Shown one piece after another: positions 38,809-50,638 of a DNA stretch of 64,000 bases (the stretch's first letter is position 1; each line of letters begins with the position of its first letter). The DNA lies in the NCBI RefSeq assembly GCF_006345805.1, contig NC_043005.1:101122001-101186000 (forward strand), read 5' to 3'. Origin of the DNA: Octopus sinensis. Lineage: Eukaryota. The translations under genes were made by a program, and so were the position numbers. The notes under the pieces were generated by a model that had not been told where the DNA came from, did not search any database, and saw only the letters and a list, made by a program, of their open reading frames with translations.

Positions 38809-39293
38809 CTTTAGCATAAAGGAAAAGATAAATGTAAAATAAAAAGCAAAGTAAAAAAATAAAAAAGATAAATAAAAATAGTAATATATATCTTTTTTTC
38901 CACACTACTAGTAAAACATGAATTATTTCTTTTCAATTCCCACTTTAAAATTCATGAAAGTCACATATAAGATTAGATCAATGGTATTATTTAAGCAACT
39001 TTCGCAACACATAAAGGAAGTGAAATAATTTATCCTTTAAATTTTCAACATCAATGCAGCCTTTTCTTTTACGAAATGAATAGTTATTTTCACTGCTTCC
39101 TACAGTAGAAATTTAAAAGAGTTTTATGAACTAGAAACAATGCTGCAACACTCGTAACAGAATCACCATATATTTGCAATAAACGATATTGTATCAATAC
39201 TTCATTTCAATAAGTGAAAAATTTCAGAATTGAAGAAAAAAAAATTAGATACAATGAGTGGTTCTTTGCTATATATACGTGTGTGCAAGTATG

Positions 39294-39450
39294 TAGGCAT
39301 AGCTGTATGGTTAAGGAATTTAGTTCCCAGCACTGTTTTTTCAGGTTCAATCCCACTGCATGGCACCTTTGGCAAATGTCTCCTATTAGAGCCCCAGACT
39401 GGCCAAAGCCTTGTGAGTAAGTTTTGTAGATAGAAACTGAAAGAAGTTCA
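39294..39450 (+). mobile_element. SINE family A 5' half
   Basis: GGTTCAATCCC B-box and core. Confidence 0.75.
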
Positions 39451-39535
39451 CCATATATATATACATATATACATATATATGGTCAGCAGATCATATAGCC
39501 AAAAGAGAAGCACACTCCAAAGGATAGAGTAGTAA

Positions 39536-39716
39536 TATATTTAGACGTGGTTAAAATATATGTCCAGTCATAGAGTGACCAATGGTTTTTGCAGCCATAA
39601 AGCTTTATAGACAACTTGAGTCTGATGAGTTGTCTATGAAGCTCAGCACTTTATGGACGTGAAACCATTGGTCACTCTATGACTGGACATATATGTAACT
39701 TCATGTAAATATACAT
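39536..39716. repeat. Fold-back element (~80-90 bp arms)
   Basis: ATATATGTCCAGTCATAGAGTGACCAATGGTTT / AAACCATTGGTCACTCTATGACTGGACATATAT are exact inverted copies. Confidence 0.9.
39618..39677 (+). ncRNA. Type I hammerhead ribozyme motif (Penelope-like)
   Basis: GAGT-CTGATGA-[GTCTATGAAG/CTTTATGGAC stem II]-GAAA-CCATTGG-TC-ACTC; complete core, GUC cleavage triplet, stem I GAGT/ACTC. Confidence 0.72.
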
Positions 39717-40169
39717 ATATATCATCATCGTCCAGTGTTTTAAATCTGGGTTTTGTCCCCGTTATCGGGGGTGGCCAGATCTACCACACTGCCATAGCAA
39801 CCACCCTCACACCATCTCCCGATCTTGCCCTGTAGAGTAAGGAAGAGAGAGTCAAATCGTGATAGGCTCCAGCAGGATATTGCCAAGAAGGCATGAGCAG
39901 GGAGTGGGGAATGCTGTGACTGGTGAGAACCTGGGTATAGAGAGGGGATGAGGAAAGCAACAATACAGTGAGCAGGGTAGCGAGGACGGGTTTGGGGAGT
40001 GGGAGATAATCATGGTGTATGAAGAGGAAATGTGAGGAAGCGAAGAGATAGTTTGGGGGAGGAGATATAGTTTGGTTTGTTGGGGTAGGGTGTGGGAAAA
40101 TTTTATTGTTATGAGTAGGTGAAACACAATGCTTCTAGAACTGAGGTTCTCTGACGTGGACAAGTCTTC

Positions 40170-40470
40170 TCTAGAACCTCATATTGTCAGACATTTCAGT
40201 CCATTATCATTTCCGCCTTGAGCCCCAGCATCTGAGATTGGTCCTCACCATTTCATCTCATGTCTTCTTTGATCTCCCACCTCTGCAGGTACCATCCACT
40301 TTCAGTGACTGGCACTTCTTTATACAGCCGTCTTCGTTCATATGCATTACATATCCAAACCAACATAGCCTCCTCCCTTACCTGTTGCACTTGATTTCTG
40401 TTTTGCCCAACTTTTCTCTCAACACATTTGCACTTTGTCGTTCATGCACATTGATACCACACATCCAGTG
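40170..40470 (-). mobile_element. RTE-like LINE 3' fragment
   Basis: LREKLG..RRLCWFGYVMHMNEDGCIKKCQSLKVDGTCRGGRSKKT. Confidence 0.7.
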
Positions 40471-40475
40471 GAGTT

Positions 40476-40890
40476 CATCATCATCATCATCATCATCATT
40501 GTCTAATGTCTGCTTTCCATGCTAGCATGGGCTGAATGGTTTGACTGAGGGCTGGCGAACCAGATGGCTGCACCAGGCTCCAATCTTGATTTGGCAGAGT
40601 TTCTACAGCTTGATGCCCTTCCTAACACCAACCACTCTGAGAGTGCAGTGGGTGCTTTTATGTGCCACTGGCATGAGGGCCAGTCAGGCGGTACTGGCAA
40701 CGGCCATGCTCAAATGGTGTTTTTTATGTGCCACGTGCACAGGAGCCAGTCCAGCAGCACTGGCAACGACCTCGCTCAAATGTTTTTTCATGTACCAATG
40801 GCACAAGTGCCAGTACGGTGACACTGGTAATGATCATGCTTGAATGGTGCTTTTTACGTGCCACCGGTACAGAAGCCAGTTAGCCACTCT
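40476..40890 (-). mobile_element. SINE family C with internal repeats
   Basis: Family core and four GTGCTTTTTA(T/C)GTGCCAC-like units. Confidence 0.85.
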
Positions 40891-41188
40891 ATTTTTATAA
40901 TTAAATATTATTAGGAATTCCATGGAAAAATTGCTATAAATATTCTTTATATTGTAGAAGTATAAACAGTTTATTGCACATAAATCTTAACAACAAAATC
41001 TTATACAGACCCTGGCTGAGAATCATTGAGCTAAGTAGATAAATAGACAGATAGATAGATAGGTAAGTAAATAAGCAGATAAATCCTGAGAGGAACCACA
41101 ATCATAGAAATACTTGGTTAAGTGAAAGCACTTTGGAAATGAAGAACAGTATAATATTATCATTTGTTGAACACATGCTACATTTATC

Positions 41189-42128
41189 TTATTTACATTC
41201 GATGTTTCAGCTGATATACCCTCCAGCTTTCTTCAGGTGTCTTGGAGAAATTTTGATGTTATTATTATTATTATTATTATTGTTCAGATCACTGCTTGGA
41301 ATTGAACTTGGAATCTTGGGGTTAGTAGCCTGTGCTCTTAACCACTATGTCATAGGCCCATGGGCAATTATGGAGTGAATAAGGCCACGAGCTGGCAGAA
41401 ACGTTAGCATGCCAGGCAAAATGCCTAGTGGTATTTCATCTGCCGTTATGTTCTGAGTTCAAATTCCACTGAGGTCGACTTTGCCTTTTATTCTTTCGGA
41501 GTCGATTAAATAAGTACCAGTAAATCACTGGGGTCGATATAATCGACTTAATCCCCTTGTCTGTCCTTGTTTGTCCCCTCTATGTTTAACCCCCTGTGGG
41601 CAATAAAGAAATAAATTATGGATTGAATTTTAGGGCTTATGAATCTAATATTCTCCTATCCTTCCTTAATACCGGTTCCCATATGCTGTTCATATCTGCA
41701 CTCGCTCTGCTCAGGAGGTTGTTGTGTTCTAGCATATGTGCTGCTTCTTTTAGTTTTCGTATTGAAAGGATACAACAACCTCCTAAGCAGAGTGAGTGCA
41801 GATAGGAGCAGCATATGGGAACTGGTATTAAGGAAGGATAGGAAAATATTAGATTTATAAGCCCTAGAATTCACTCCATAATTGCCCACAGGCATATGGC
41901 ATAGTGGTTAAGAGCACGGGCTACTAACACCAAAATTCTGAGTTCGATTCCAGGCAGTGACCTAAATAATAATAATAACAACAACAACATCAAAATTTCC
42001 CCAAGACACCCGATGAAGGCTGGAGGGTAATCAGCCAAAATGTTGTGTTAACAACAAACATGATGAGGACAAATATGTTGAATGTAAATAATGTACATAA
42101 TTCCTCATCTCTTAAATATAGAACTGTA
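41189..42128. mobile_element. Palindromic element; each arm has a tRNA-like head, (AAT)n and a hammerhead-like motif
   Basis: 41189-41730 (minus the SINE B insert) is the reverse complement of 41767-42091. A-box TGGCATAGTGG at 41897, B-box GAGTTCGATTCC at 41940. Confidence 0.8.
41382..41612 (+). mobile_element. SINE family B with 15-bp TSD
   Basis: TSD AATTATGGA(G/T)TGAAT at 41366-41380 and 41614-41628. Confidence 0.9.
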
Positions 42129-42275
42129 ACATGCAATAATTTTCTAACACTATAGTATATACTATAGTATATATAATAAAAAAATTTTCCATACTAAAAT
42201 ATTTAACAACTCCAAAGCCAGCATCTTTAAACAATAGCTATCTAATCCTGATCACTCTTAATTTTAGAGCTAATA

Positions 42276-42531
42276 TTTATTCTCACTTAAATGGGAATGT
42301 TCTGTTGGAACAGACTACACTGCAGTAGAAACCATGAGAGGCACTCTCATATTGGCTTTTGGTGCAAAAAGCACTCTCTTATTTATATCAGTAGCACTCT
42401 TGTTTATACTGATAGCAATATAAACAAGAGAGTGCATTTTGCATCAAAAGTCAATAAAAAAAGCTTCTCTCATGGTATCAACTGCAGTATAGTCTGTTCT
42501 AACAGAACATTCACATTTAAATGGGGATAAA
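42276..42531. mobile_element. Fold-back MITE-like palindrome (~255 bp)
   Basis: Arms GAATGTTCTGTTGGAACAGACTACACTGCAGT.. / ..ACTGCAGTATAGTCTGTTCTAACAGAACATTC. Confidence 0.8.
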
Positions 42532-43300
42532 GACTACCTCTGTTGCTAGTATATATTTCGTAATTTTAGCTTCTTCAAATCAAACTCCACTTTACTCTTT
42601 AAACCCCGATTCTAAAATGGAAAATGAAAAATAAACAATAAAGAAAACACACAAACAAATAGATTCTGAAAGAGAATGGTGGTGCACTGTTGTTACCTGA
42701 TTCTCCCCCCCCCCTCCATGGGAACAAATGAGAGAGGAAATATAAACATCTAACTTAAATATGAACGTGATTTCAAGTTGAAAAAACAGATAAACATTGG
42801 TTCAATATTTTTAAAATATTTTTTTTTAATCTATTTTTGTATTCTAGAAAATATCACCAAGAATGGAATAATGGATAAAGCTGTATTATATTATTGGATA
42901 AATATAAGAGCTTGGTAAAGTCTGATCAACCGTGCTTGATGTGACTTATGTTGCATTATCACCAAACAAACAACCAAGAGGCCAGGTTAAGATTCCTTTT
43001 ACCGTAGAAACACGCTGTACACGCTATATTACAATGGTTCACCGTGTGAAGTATAGAATGATAATTAGAATGATATCATTATTTTCTATATTATGTTACA
43101 GTTAGTTCTTTCTTTCCATGATGGTATGGGTTGGAGAGACTTTTTTAAGATAGTGTTTTATTGCTCAATACCCTTCCTGTTGTCAACCATTTTAGTGGTT
43201 TTTATGCCAAGCTTGGATACAGTCTCAATATTCTAAAACTACTATAGATACTAGATAATGGGTAATTAATACTAGCAAATGGTGTAACTAATCTACTAAC

Positions 43301-43458
43301 CAGCCTGTTTAAAAGCTATGGAACAAAGACAAGCTAGGTTGACTCAAAGAGTTTCAACTAACAGGGTATATTAGAAGTAGATGTCAACGAAAAGCTGAAT
43401 CATAAGTCTATTGTGACAATCAATAATGGAACTATTTTGGTGTGCTTTGGAAATTTGT
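43301..43458 (-). pseudogene. 158-nt exon (phase 2>1) with 2 stops
   Basis: Pyrimidine-rich ..ctgattcag acceptor, QISKAHQNSSIIDCHNRLMIQLFVDIYF*YTLLVETL*VNLACLCSIAFKQA, donor GTTAGT. Confidence 0.6.
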
Positions 43459-44349
43459 CTGAATCAGATGGAAGAGAGAATGTTGTAGTTTGATTTTAGT
43501 ATATCTAAATGTTTGTGCATGATGAAGAATATAAAGCTGTGAATATTATTGCTCACACACATCAGCCATCAAATCTATCTAAATGTCTGTTTGTCTGCTA
43601 CCATCACCATTCCTTTCATCTAACATATATATATCAACCACAAAAACATTATGGGTTTTCGATTTTAGTTTTTGTTTTTTTGTTTTTTTTTTTTAATATA
43701 GTTTGTTTTCTCAGTTGAGTCTGTTTTGGTAACACAAAACTATTGAACATGGAAATCACAATTTTGCTTCATTACTGAACAAAACAACAAATGAATAAAT
43801 AAATAAATAAATAATTTCTTGTTTTTCAAAATTTCGCTTTTGGAGTAAATTGTTTTGATATGTGTTGCAACATGTAAAGAAGCATAAACAACAAGAACAT
43901 ACAAAAAAAACCCCCAAAAGAAATCAATAACAATAAATACATAAATAAACACAATTTCTGCCAAATATTTCTGGTTGTTATACTTTAAACACGGCACACA
44001 ACTATACTCAAATATTGACCATACATGCACAGAAAAAAAAAAGAATTCCTTTTATCCTAGTGGTTAATGTTAGTAGTTAATATTTTTGGTTAAAATTGAG
44101 TGAAATATATTTTCCAATTTTATAATGGGATGAGAAGTAAATGTTCATTTCAATAACAGCCCTTTTTGTTAATACTAATTTGTAGTTTTGTTCTATGTAT
44201 AGCCCATGTTAAAAGGATGTGCACAACCTGTAATGACAAAGAATTAATCTTTGAAATTTTGAAGTTTGAGAATTGGAAGGATAAGATTGGGAACTGGAAT
44301 AGTATTTAACCACTCTTATACGTGTGTGTGTATTACATGTATGCATAAG

Positions 44350-44718
44350 TCATCATCATCATTGTTCAACCGTGGTTGAGACAATGGAATTTATTATGTT
44401 ACGCCAGACTTCACGGTCCATCATAGCATTACAGAGGTCCTGTTGCTGGATGCCTGTATCTCTGGAGATTACATCAGGGTAGAAGAGTGTGCACCCTCTG
44501 GTATCGCGAGCAGATGGCTTCCAGAGAAGAGTAGAAATTACCTCGTTTTCAGCTCTACAACAATGTCCAGCAAACTGGACTCACCTACCTTCCACAAGAG
44601 ATGACACAGGAGGTAATTTCCCATATATATGTACTTTGGTTGGATGGCGCTTCTACGAGAAATTTTGAGCTCTCATAAGGAGGCGAGTGTAGGTTCCATC
44701 CAACCGCCTCTCAAGCAT
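44350..44718 (-). mobile_element. RTE-clade LINE 3' end
   Basis: Highly similar to 61399-61770. Confidence 0.85.
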
Positions 44719-44726
44719 CATTGAGT

Positions 44727-45115
44727 ACAGGCGTGGCTATATGACTAAGAAGTTCATTTCCCAATCAAGTGGTTTTGGACTCAGTCCCATGGTGTGGCAC
44801 CTTGGGCAAGTGATGTCTTCTGCCATAGCATCTGGTTAACCAAAGCCGTGGGAGTGGATTTGAAAACAGAAAGAAGTGCATGTTCGCATTTGCGTCACCT
44901 CATGCTGACATCATGCAACAGTGATAAATGAACACTATTGTCAACCGTGTGATGTCCCTCATTTCAGGTGTTCCATGGAAAAATGCCTCACTATGGGGGA
45001 AATATTACCTTGCTCAGAAACAGGTGAAAGTTGATAACAGGAAGGGCATTGAGCTATACAAAAAATATACCTCAATGAACTCTGAGTGATCCATGCAAAC
45101 ATGGAAAAGGGGATG
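44727..45115 (+). mobile_element. Composite SINE: family A head with a C-like tail
   Basis: GGCACCTTGGGCAAGTG core followed by AGGAAGGGCAT..CATGGAAAA..GATGTTAA tail. Confidence 0.6.
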
Positions 45116-45119
45116 TTAA

Positions 45120-45340
45120 CCCTTTCATTACCAACCCGGCTGAGACCACCACTGGTTCTGTAGTATAAATGTCTTGTCTGCATAAGTTTTGAATTAAAAT
45201 CTTCCACCAAACCTTAGTCACAATTTATGTTCCTAACACTAGCTGAATGATAACTAAGTTATGTTACTGAATTCTTTGTTATATTTAAAGTAATTGAAAG
45301 AAATACAGAGCATCTCAAAATAAATACAGTAACGAAAGGG
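45120..45340 (+). mobile_element. piggyBac-type MITE
   Basis: TTAA-CCCTTTC..GAAAGGG-TTAC; same family as 32743. Confidence 0.85.
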
Positions 45341-45349
45341 TTACACTGA

Positions 45350-45552
45350 TAGTGATGATGATGATGAGGAGGCTGAGGAGGAGAACAGAAGGACGAGGAC
45401 GAGGAGGAGAAGGGGAGGACGAGGACGAGGAGGAGAAGGAGGATGAGGAGGATGAGGAGGGGGAGGGAAAGGATGATGAGAGGAAGGATGAGGAGGGGGA
45501 GGAGGAGAACAATGACGACGAGGAGGAGGAGGATGTGGATGAAGAGGAGGAC
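45350..45552. repeat. (GAG/GAT/GAC)n purine-rich tract
   Basis: Direct reading. Confidence 0.9.
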
Positions 45553-46386
45553 AAATATTTATCAATAGTTCCTTAATTTGTGCAAATGTTTATTTGAAAC
45601 AGTCCTCATGTTAGAGATTACGAGTGTTTAGTATTTTTAATTATCAATAAAAGTCATTGACATTTTCCATAGAAAACGTAGGATTTAGTTTCTGTGTCTG
45701 CAGCTCAGTTCTGCAGAGTGAAATATAAGACAATACTCTTTCATATCAATATAATAAACATGTTAGTCTCTTGTAAAATACCTCTGTTTATCATTTAAAA
45801 AGAAAAGGAGTTATAAATAGCCTGTGATCTCTAAGAGGTGTTAACTGAAATATCATTAGTAAATCAGGCTACACACACACACACATATGGAGACATATAA
45901 GAGATAAGGCATGAGAAGTTCGAAGCAGCAATGTGGTATGATGGAAAGAGTCAGAATAATTATCACTACCAATTAATTACAGTTAAAAGGAATTAAAGAT
46001 ACTCTTCCCTTCAAAAATTTGCATTTGCATCCTCATCAAAAGAAATTATTTGTATGATGATTTTGCTTGTAGCAATAATACTCAACACGTATCATCATCA
46101 TCATAATCATCATCATCATCACCACCACATTCACCACCACCAGCACCACCAACAGCAGCAGCCGTTTGAGAATTTGGACCTGGAGATCTCCATTTCCAGC
46201 GACTTCCAGGGCCACCTCCCAGTGGTGTTGGGTGTCAACGAAGAGCCCTCAACTACAACAAGACAACCAAAGTTTTTTTTCCCAAGGTCTGGGGTCTCCC
46301 GCCCCTAAGCTCTAGACTATCACCTAATCACCCTTACCTGTCTTGTTGCTCAACAACAACAACAACAACCAACAGCAGCAACAACA

Positions 46387-46765
46387 GTGGAGGTGCAATG
46401 GCCCAATGGTTAGGGCAGCGGACTCACGGTCGGAGGATCGTGATTTCGATTCCCAGACGAGGCGTTGTGTGTGTCTATTGAGCAAAAACACCTAAAGCTC
46501 CACATGGCTCTGGCAGGGGGTGATGGCAACCCCTGTTGTACTCTTCCGCTCCAACTTTCTCTCACTCTTTCTTCCTGTTTCTTGTCCCCGACTTCCTACG
46601 CAACCGCTGAGCCTGGATGCGCATTCATCCATCCGTTGATGCTCTCGGGGGTTGACCTGCTTTCTCTTCTGTGAGTATTACGAATAGCAAAGGACCACGT
46701 TTCGGACTTCTCCCATCTTGCGAGCTCTGGGACGAAGACTGTTCGCTCAACAACAACAACAACAA
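46387..46765 (+). mobile_element. tRNA-derived SINE family D with (CAA)n tail
   Basis: TGGCCCAATGGTTAGGGCAGCGGACTC..TTCGATTCCC head; ends GTTCGCT(CAA)n. Confidence 0.85.
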
Positions 46766-47059
46766 CAACAGCAACAACAACATCACTGCTAATACCATCA
46801 TCATCAGATAACTCTGCTCTTCCATGCTTACATGGGTTGGGCAAGGTTTATTTGCAGCAGATTTTCTACAACTGAATGAATGCCCTTCCCGTCATCAACC
46901 CTCACCTGTTTCAAGTAAACTAATATTTGCCCATGGCCAGACATGTTCTTGCAGAATATTCGAAATGCCTGATTCAGACTTCAAACTTAGGGCTAGATAA
47001 CCTCAGAGACACAATACAGTTTAGAAAAGGAAGATATGGAGACTTACAGTCAGAGCTTC

Positions 47060-47700
47060 GTAAATGTTCTGAGTAAAGCATTTGACAAGAAGAAGAGGAG
47101 ATAGTTATGTATAACATAGAGGGCAATCCACTGAAGGCTACAGATCAAATCTGTGGCTGGGACAAAGTTTCAGCCAGACTCAGGGTGACATGGTGGTGGA
47201 ACAATGAGGTAGACAAGGAAGAAAGAGAGAGAAGGCGGCAAGCTGGCAGAAACGTTAGCACGCCAGGCGAAATGCTTAGCGGTATTTCGTCTGCCACTGT
47301 GTTCTGAGTTCAAATTCTGTCGAGGTCAACTTTGCCTTTCATCCTTTCGGGGCTGATTAAATAAATACCAGTTATGCACTGGGGTCGATGTAATCGACTT
47401 AATCCATTTGTCTGTCCTTGTTTGTCTTCTCTGTGTTTAGCCCCTTGTGGACAGTAACGAAATAAGTGAGGTAGACAGGGCCTTAAAGCTGAAGTGATGG
47501 GCTTGGAAGGACTGGCAAAATAGAGGCAGCAAAGAGCTACATCAGATAGCTAGAAGGAAAGCTAGTCGACAGGATTACTAATCAAGAGCAGAAGCAACAA
47601 GAAAGGGGTTTTCCAATGTCTTACAGCTTCAGGATTAGGGATGTGAGGCGTTCTGGATTGCTAGAAAGTGTATCAGAAAGAAATGAAATGTTGTGGGAGA
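47060..47700 (+). mobile_element. RTE-like LINE ORF fragment interrupted by SINE B (47232-47465)
   Basis: LKATDQICGW..RVTWWWNNEVD[SINE]RALK..AWKDW; TGAGGTAGACA duplicated around the SINE. Confidence 0.7.
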
Positions 47701-47859
47701 GAGGGCATGAGGAAGGGCATCAAGCCATGGAAACCGTGCTGAAGCTGAAATCTGAACTTAATGTGGCCATACAATTTACCAGATCCTGTCAAACCATCCA
47801 ACCCATTCCAGTATGGAAAATGGATGTTAACTGATCGTGATGATGATGATGATAATATA

Positions 47860-47891
<32 letters not shown>

Positions 47892-47892
<1 letters not shown>

Positions 47893-48594
47893 GCGAATGA
47901 TTTTTTATATGGTACCGTATTTTACAAACCTGTAAATAATAATAATAGTATTTTTATGTAAACTTGAAACTTATGACGATCACTGTGCAATAACAAAGGA
48001 AAATAGTCTAATAAAGGGGCCTATAAGCCCTCGAAAGAAAAAAGAAGGCTTTCCTATTCTCATGGGACACAAACCCACATCCCTTTGTTAATGTGATTAA
48101 GTGTGTTACCCTTACACCAGTGAATTAGCCTCCCTGTTTCTGTCAAATTTAAGAACTATTTTAGTTTGCATTTATTCTGTGTAAACAAACTTTCCATATG
48201 CTTTCGGTGCAAATGACTTTTTATACGGAGCCGTATTTTACAATCCTGCAAATAATAATAATGTTATTTTTATATAAACTTGAAGCTTATGGCAATCACC
48301 GTGCGATGACTAATGAAAATAGTCTAATAAAGGGGCATGGAAGCCATCGACAGAAAAAAGAAAGCTTTCCTATCGATGTGGGAGATAGATATATATATAC
48401 ATATAACAGGCTTCTTTCAGTTCCTGTATACTAAATCCACCTGCAAGGTTTTGCTCAGCCCACAGTTATAGTAGGCACTTACCCAAGGTTCTATGCAGTA
48501 GAACTGAAACCAGAACCATATGGATGGGAAACGCTTGTTCTCAGGCTTACTGTTATTATTAAATATTATTTCTCACTGCTGGTGTTACATATAT

Positions 48595-48640
<46 letters not shown>

Positions 48641-49330
48641 AATGATTTTTTATATGGTACCGTATTTTACAAACCTGTAAATAATAATAATAGTATTTTT
48701 ATGTAAACTTGAAGCTTATGACGATCACTGTGCAATAACAAAGGAAAATAGTCTAATAAAGGGGCCTATAAGCCCTCGAAAGAAAAAAGAAGGCTTTCCT
48801 ATTCTCATGGGACACAAACCCACATCCCTTTGTTAATGTGATTAAGTGTGTTACCCTTACACCAGTGAATTAGCCTCCCTGTTTCTGTCAAATTTAAGAA
48901 CTATTTTAGTTTGCATTTATTCTGTGTAAACAAACTTTCCATATGCTTTCGGTGCAAATGACTTTTTATACGGAGCCGTATTTTACAATCCTGCAAATAA
49001 TAATAATGTTATTTTTATATAAACTTGAAGCTTATGGCAATCACCGTGCGATGACTAATGAAAATAGTCTAATAAAGGGGCATGGAAGCCATCGACAGAA
49101 AAAAGAAAGCTTTCCTATCGATGTGGGAGATAGATATATATATACATATAACAGGCTTCTTTCAGTTCCTGTATACTAAATCCACCTGCAAGGTTTTGCT
49201 CAGCCCACAGTTATAGTAGGCACTTACCCAAGGTTCTATGCAGTAGAACTGAAACCAGAACCATATGGATGGGAAACGCTTGTTCTCAGGCTTACTGTTA
49301 TTATTAAATATTATTTCTCACTGCTGGTGT

Positions 49331-49333
<3 letters not shown>
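47892..49333. repeat. Near-perfect tandem duplication, 745-bp period, bounded by (TA)n
   Basis: 47892-48588 matches 48637-49333; ORFs at 48198 and 48943 are identical; one substitution seen. Confidence 0.95.
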
Positions 49334-49382
<49 letters not shown>

Positions 49383-49424
49383 AACGCACACACACATGTG
49401 CATAGATTCAAACTAAAATATCAC

Positions 49425-49590
49425 CATGAGCAAAGTGATGGAAACTGTATTGTTGAAAAGGAGATATCATCTTTGAGCTTCTCTCATCCTAACAGGTTTT
49501 AAATATCTAAATTACTAGGAATTGGGATTTTTATCTCAGTCGAGTACAATCTTGTAATTATTTGCTCTGTAGTTGAATGTTTCAATTTAA
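49425..49590 (-). pseudogene. Candidate pseudo-exon (phase 1>2)
   Basis: ttatacag acceptor, KLKHSTTEQIITRLYSTEIKIPIPSNLDI*NLLG*EKLKDDISFSTIQFPSLCS, donor GTGATA. Confidence 0.45.
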
Positions 49591-50139
49591 CTGTATAACA
49601 AATCAAATATTTGGTCTGGAAATTAAAATGTGTAATGAAATATTGTTGCACAAACTTACACGCTAGTATTGCTTATTATTACAATAAACTGATTTTGTAT
49701 GCGTAAGCAGATGAAGTTTACTGTCACACAATATATTTTGAGATTATGGCATTTAAAAATTCTTTCCACTATTGGCTCATGGACTGAACTCATGGAAGAG
49801 GGGGCTGTCAATTAAAGTGACCCTCAGTGCTTGGCTGGTATTTATTTTATTGACTCTGAAAACATGAAAGGTAAAGCTGGTCGCAACAGGATTTGAACTC
49901 AGATTGTAAAGTTGGGAAAAAATGCTGCTAAGCATTTTGTAAAGTGCTGTAGCAGTTTGGCCAGCTCACTTCCGACTTTAAGTGTTGTGGAATTCATAAA
50001 TGACAATATGCAAAAATGCATACATACATACATACAGACAGACATGTTCTCACGGAAGATTGGAAATGGCAGATGCAGCTTGTCATATATATAAACACAC
50101 ACACACACACACATATATATGCATGTATGTGTACGAGTG

Positions 50140-50638
50140 TGACCGTAGCCAGTACTGCCAGACTGGCCCTCATGCAGGTGGCACATAAAAGCACCCACTG
50201 CACTCTCTGAGTGGTCGGCATTAGGAAGGGCATCCAGCTGTAGAAACTCTGCTAGATCAGATTGGAGCCTGGTGCAGCCATCTGGTTCACCAGTCCTCAG
50301 TCAAATCGTCCAACCCAAGCTAGCATGGAAAACGGACATTAAAGGATTATGGTGATGATATATATATATACATACGCTGTACTTGAGAAGACCTATTGAG
50401 TCAAATACATCAACATCAAAAAATCAAATGGAAATTGTAGTTGTGATACCTGTGCCGGTGGCACGTAAAAAGCACCCACTACACTCACAGAGTGGTTGGC
50501 ATTAGGAAAGGCATCCAGCTGTAGAAACACTGGCAGATCAGACTGGAGCCTGGTGCAGCCTTCTGGCTTCTCAGACCCTGGTCGAACCGTCCAACCCATG
50601 CCAGCATGGAAAACAGATGTTAAACGATGATGATGATG
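50140..50638 (+). mobile_element. Two tandem family C SINEs
   Basis: Core repeated at about 50190 and 50475. Confidence 0.85.

Noticed and set aside
41891-41962. Functional tRNA gene (also the SINE heads at 12273, 32340 and 46395)
   Set aside because: A and B boxes are present, but the acceptor stem does not pair and there is no T-run terminator; these are repeat heads.
45315-45576. Acidic D/E-rich ORF
   Set aside because: Expanded (GAT/GAG)n tail of a retroposon, with no splice context.
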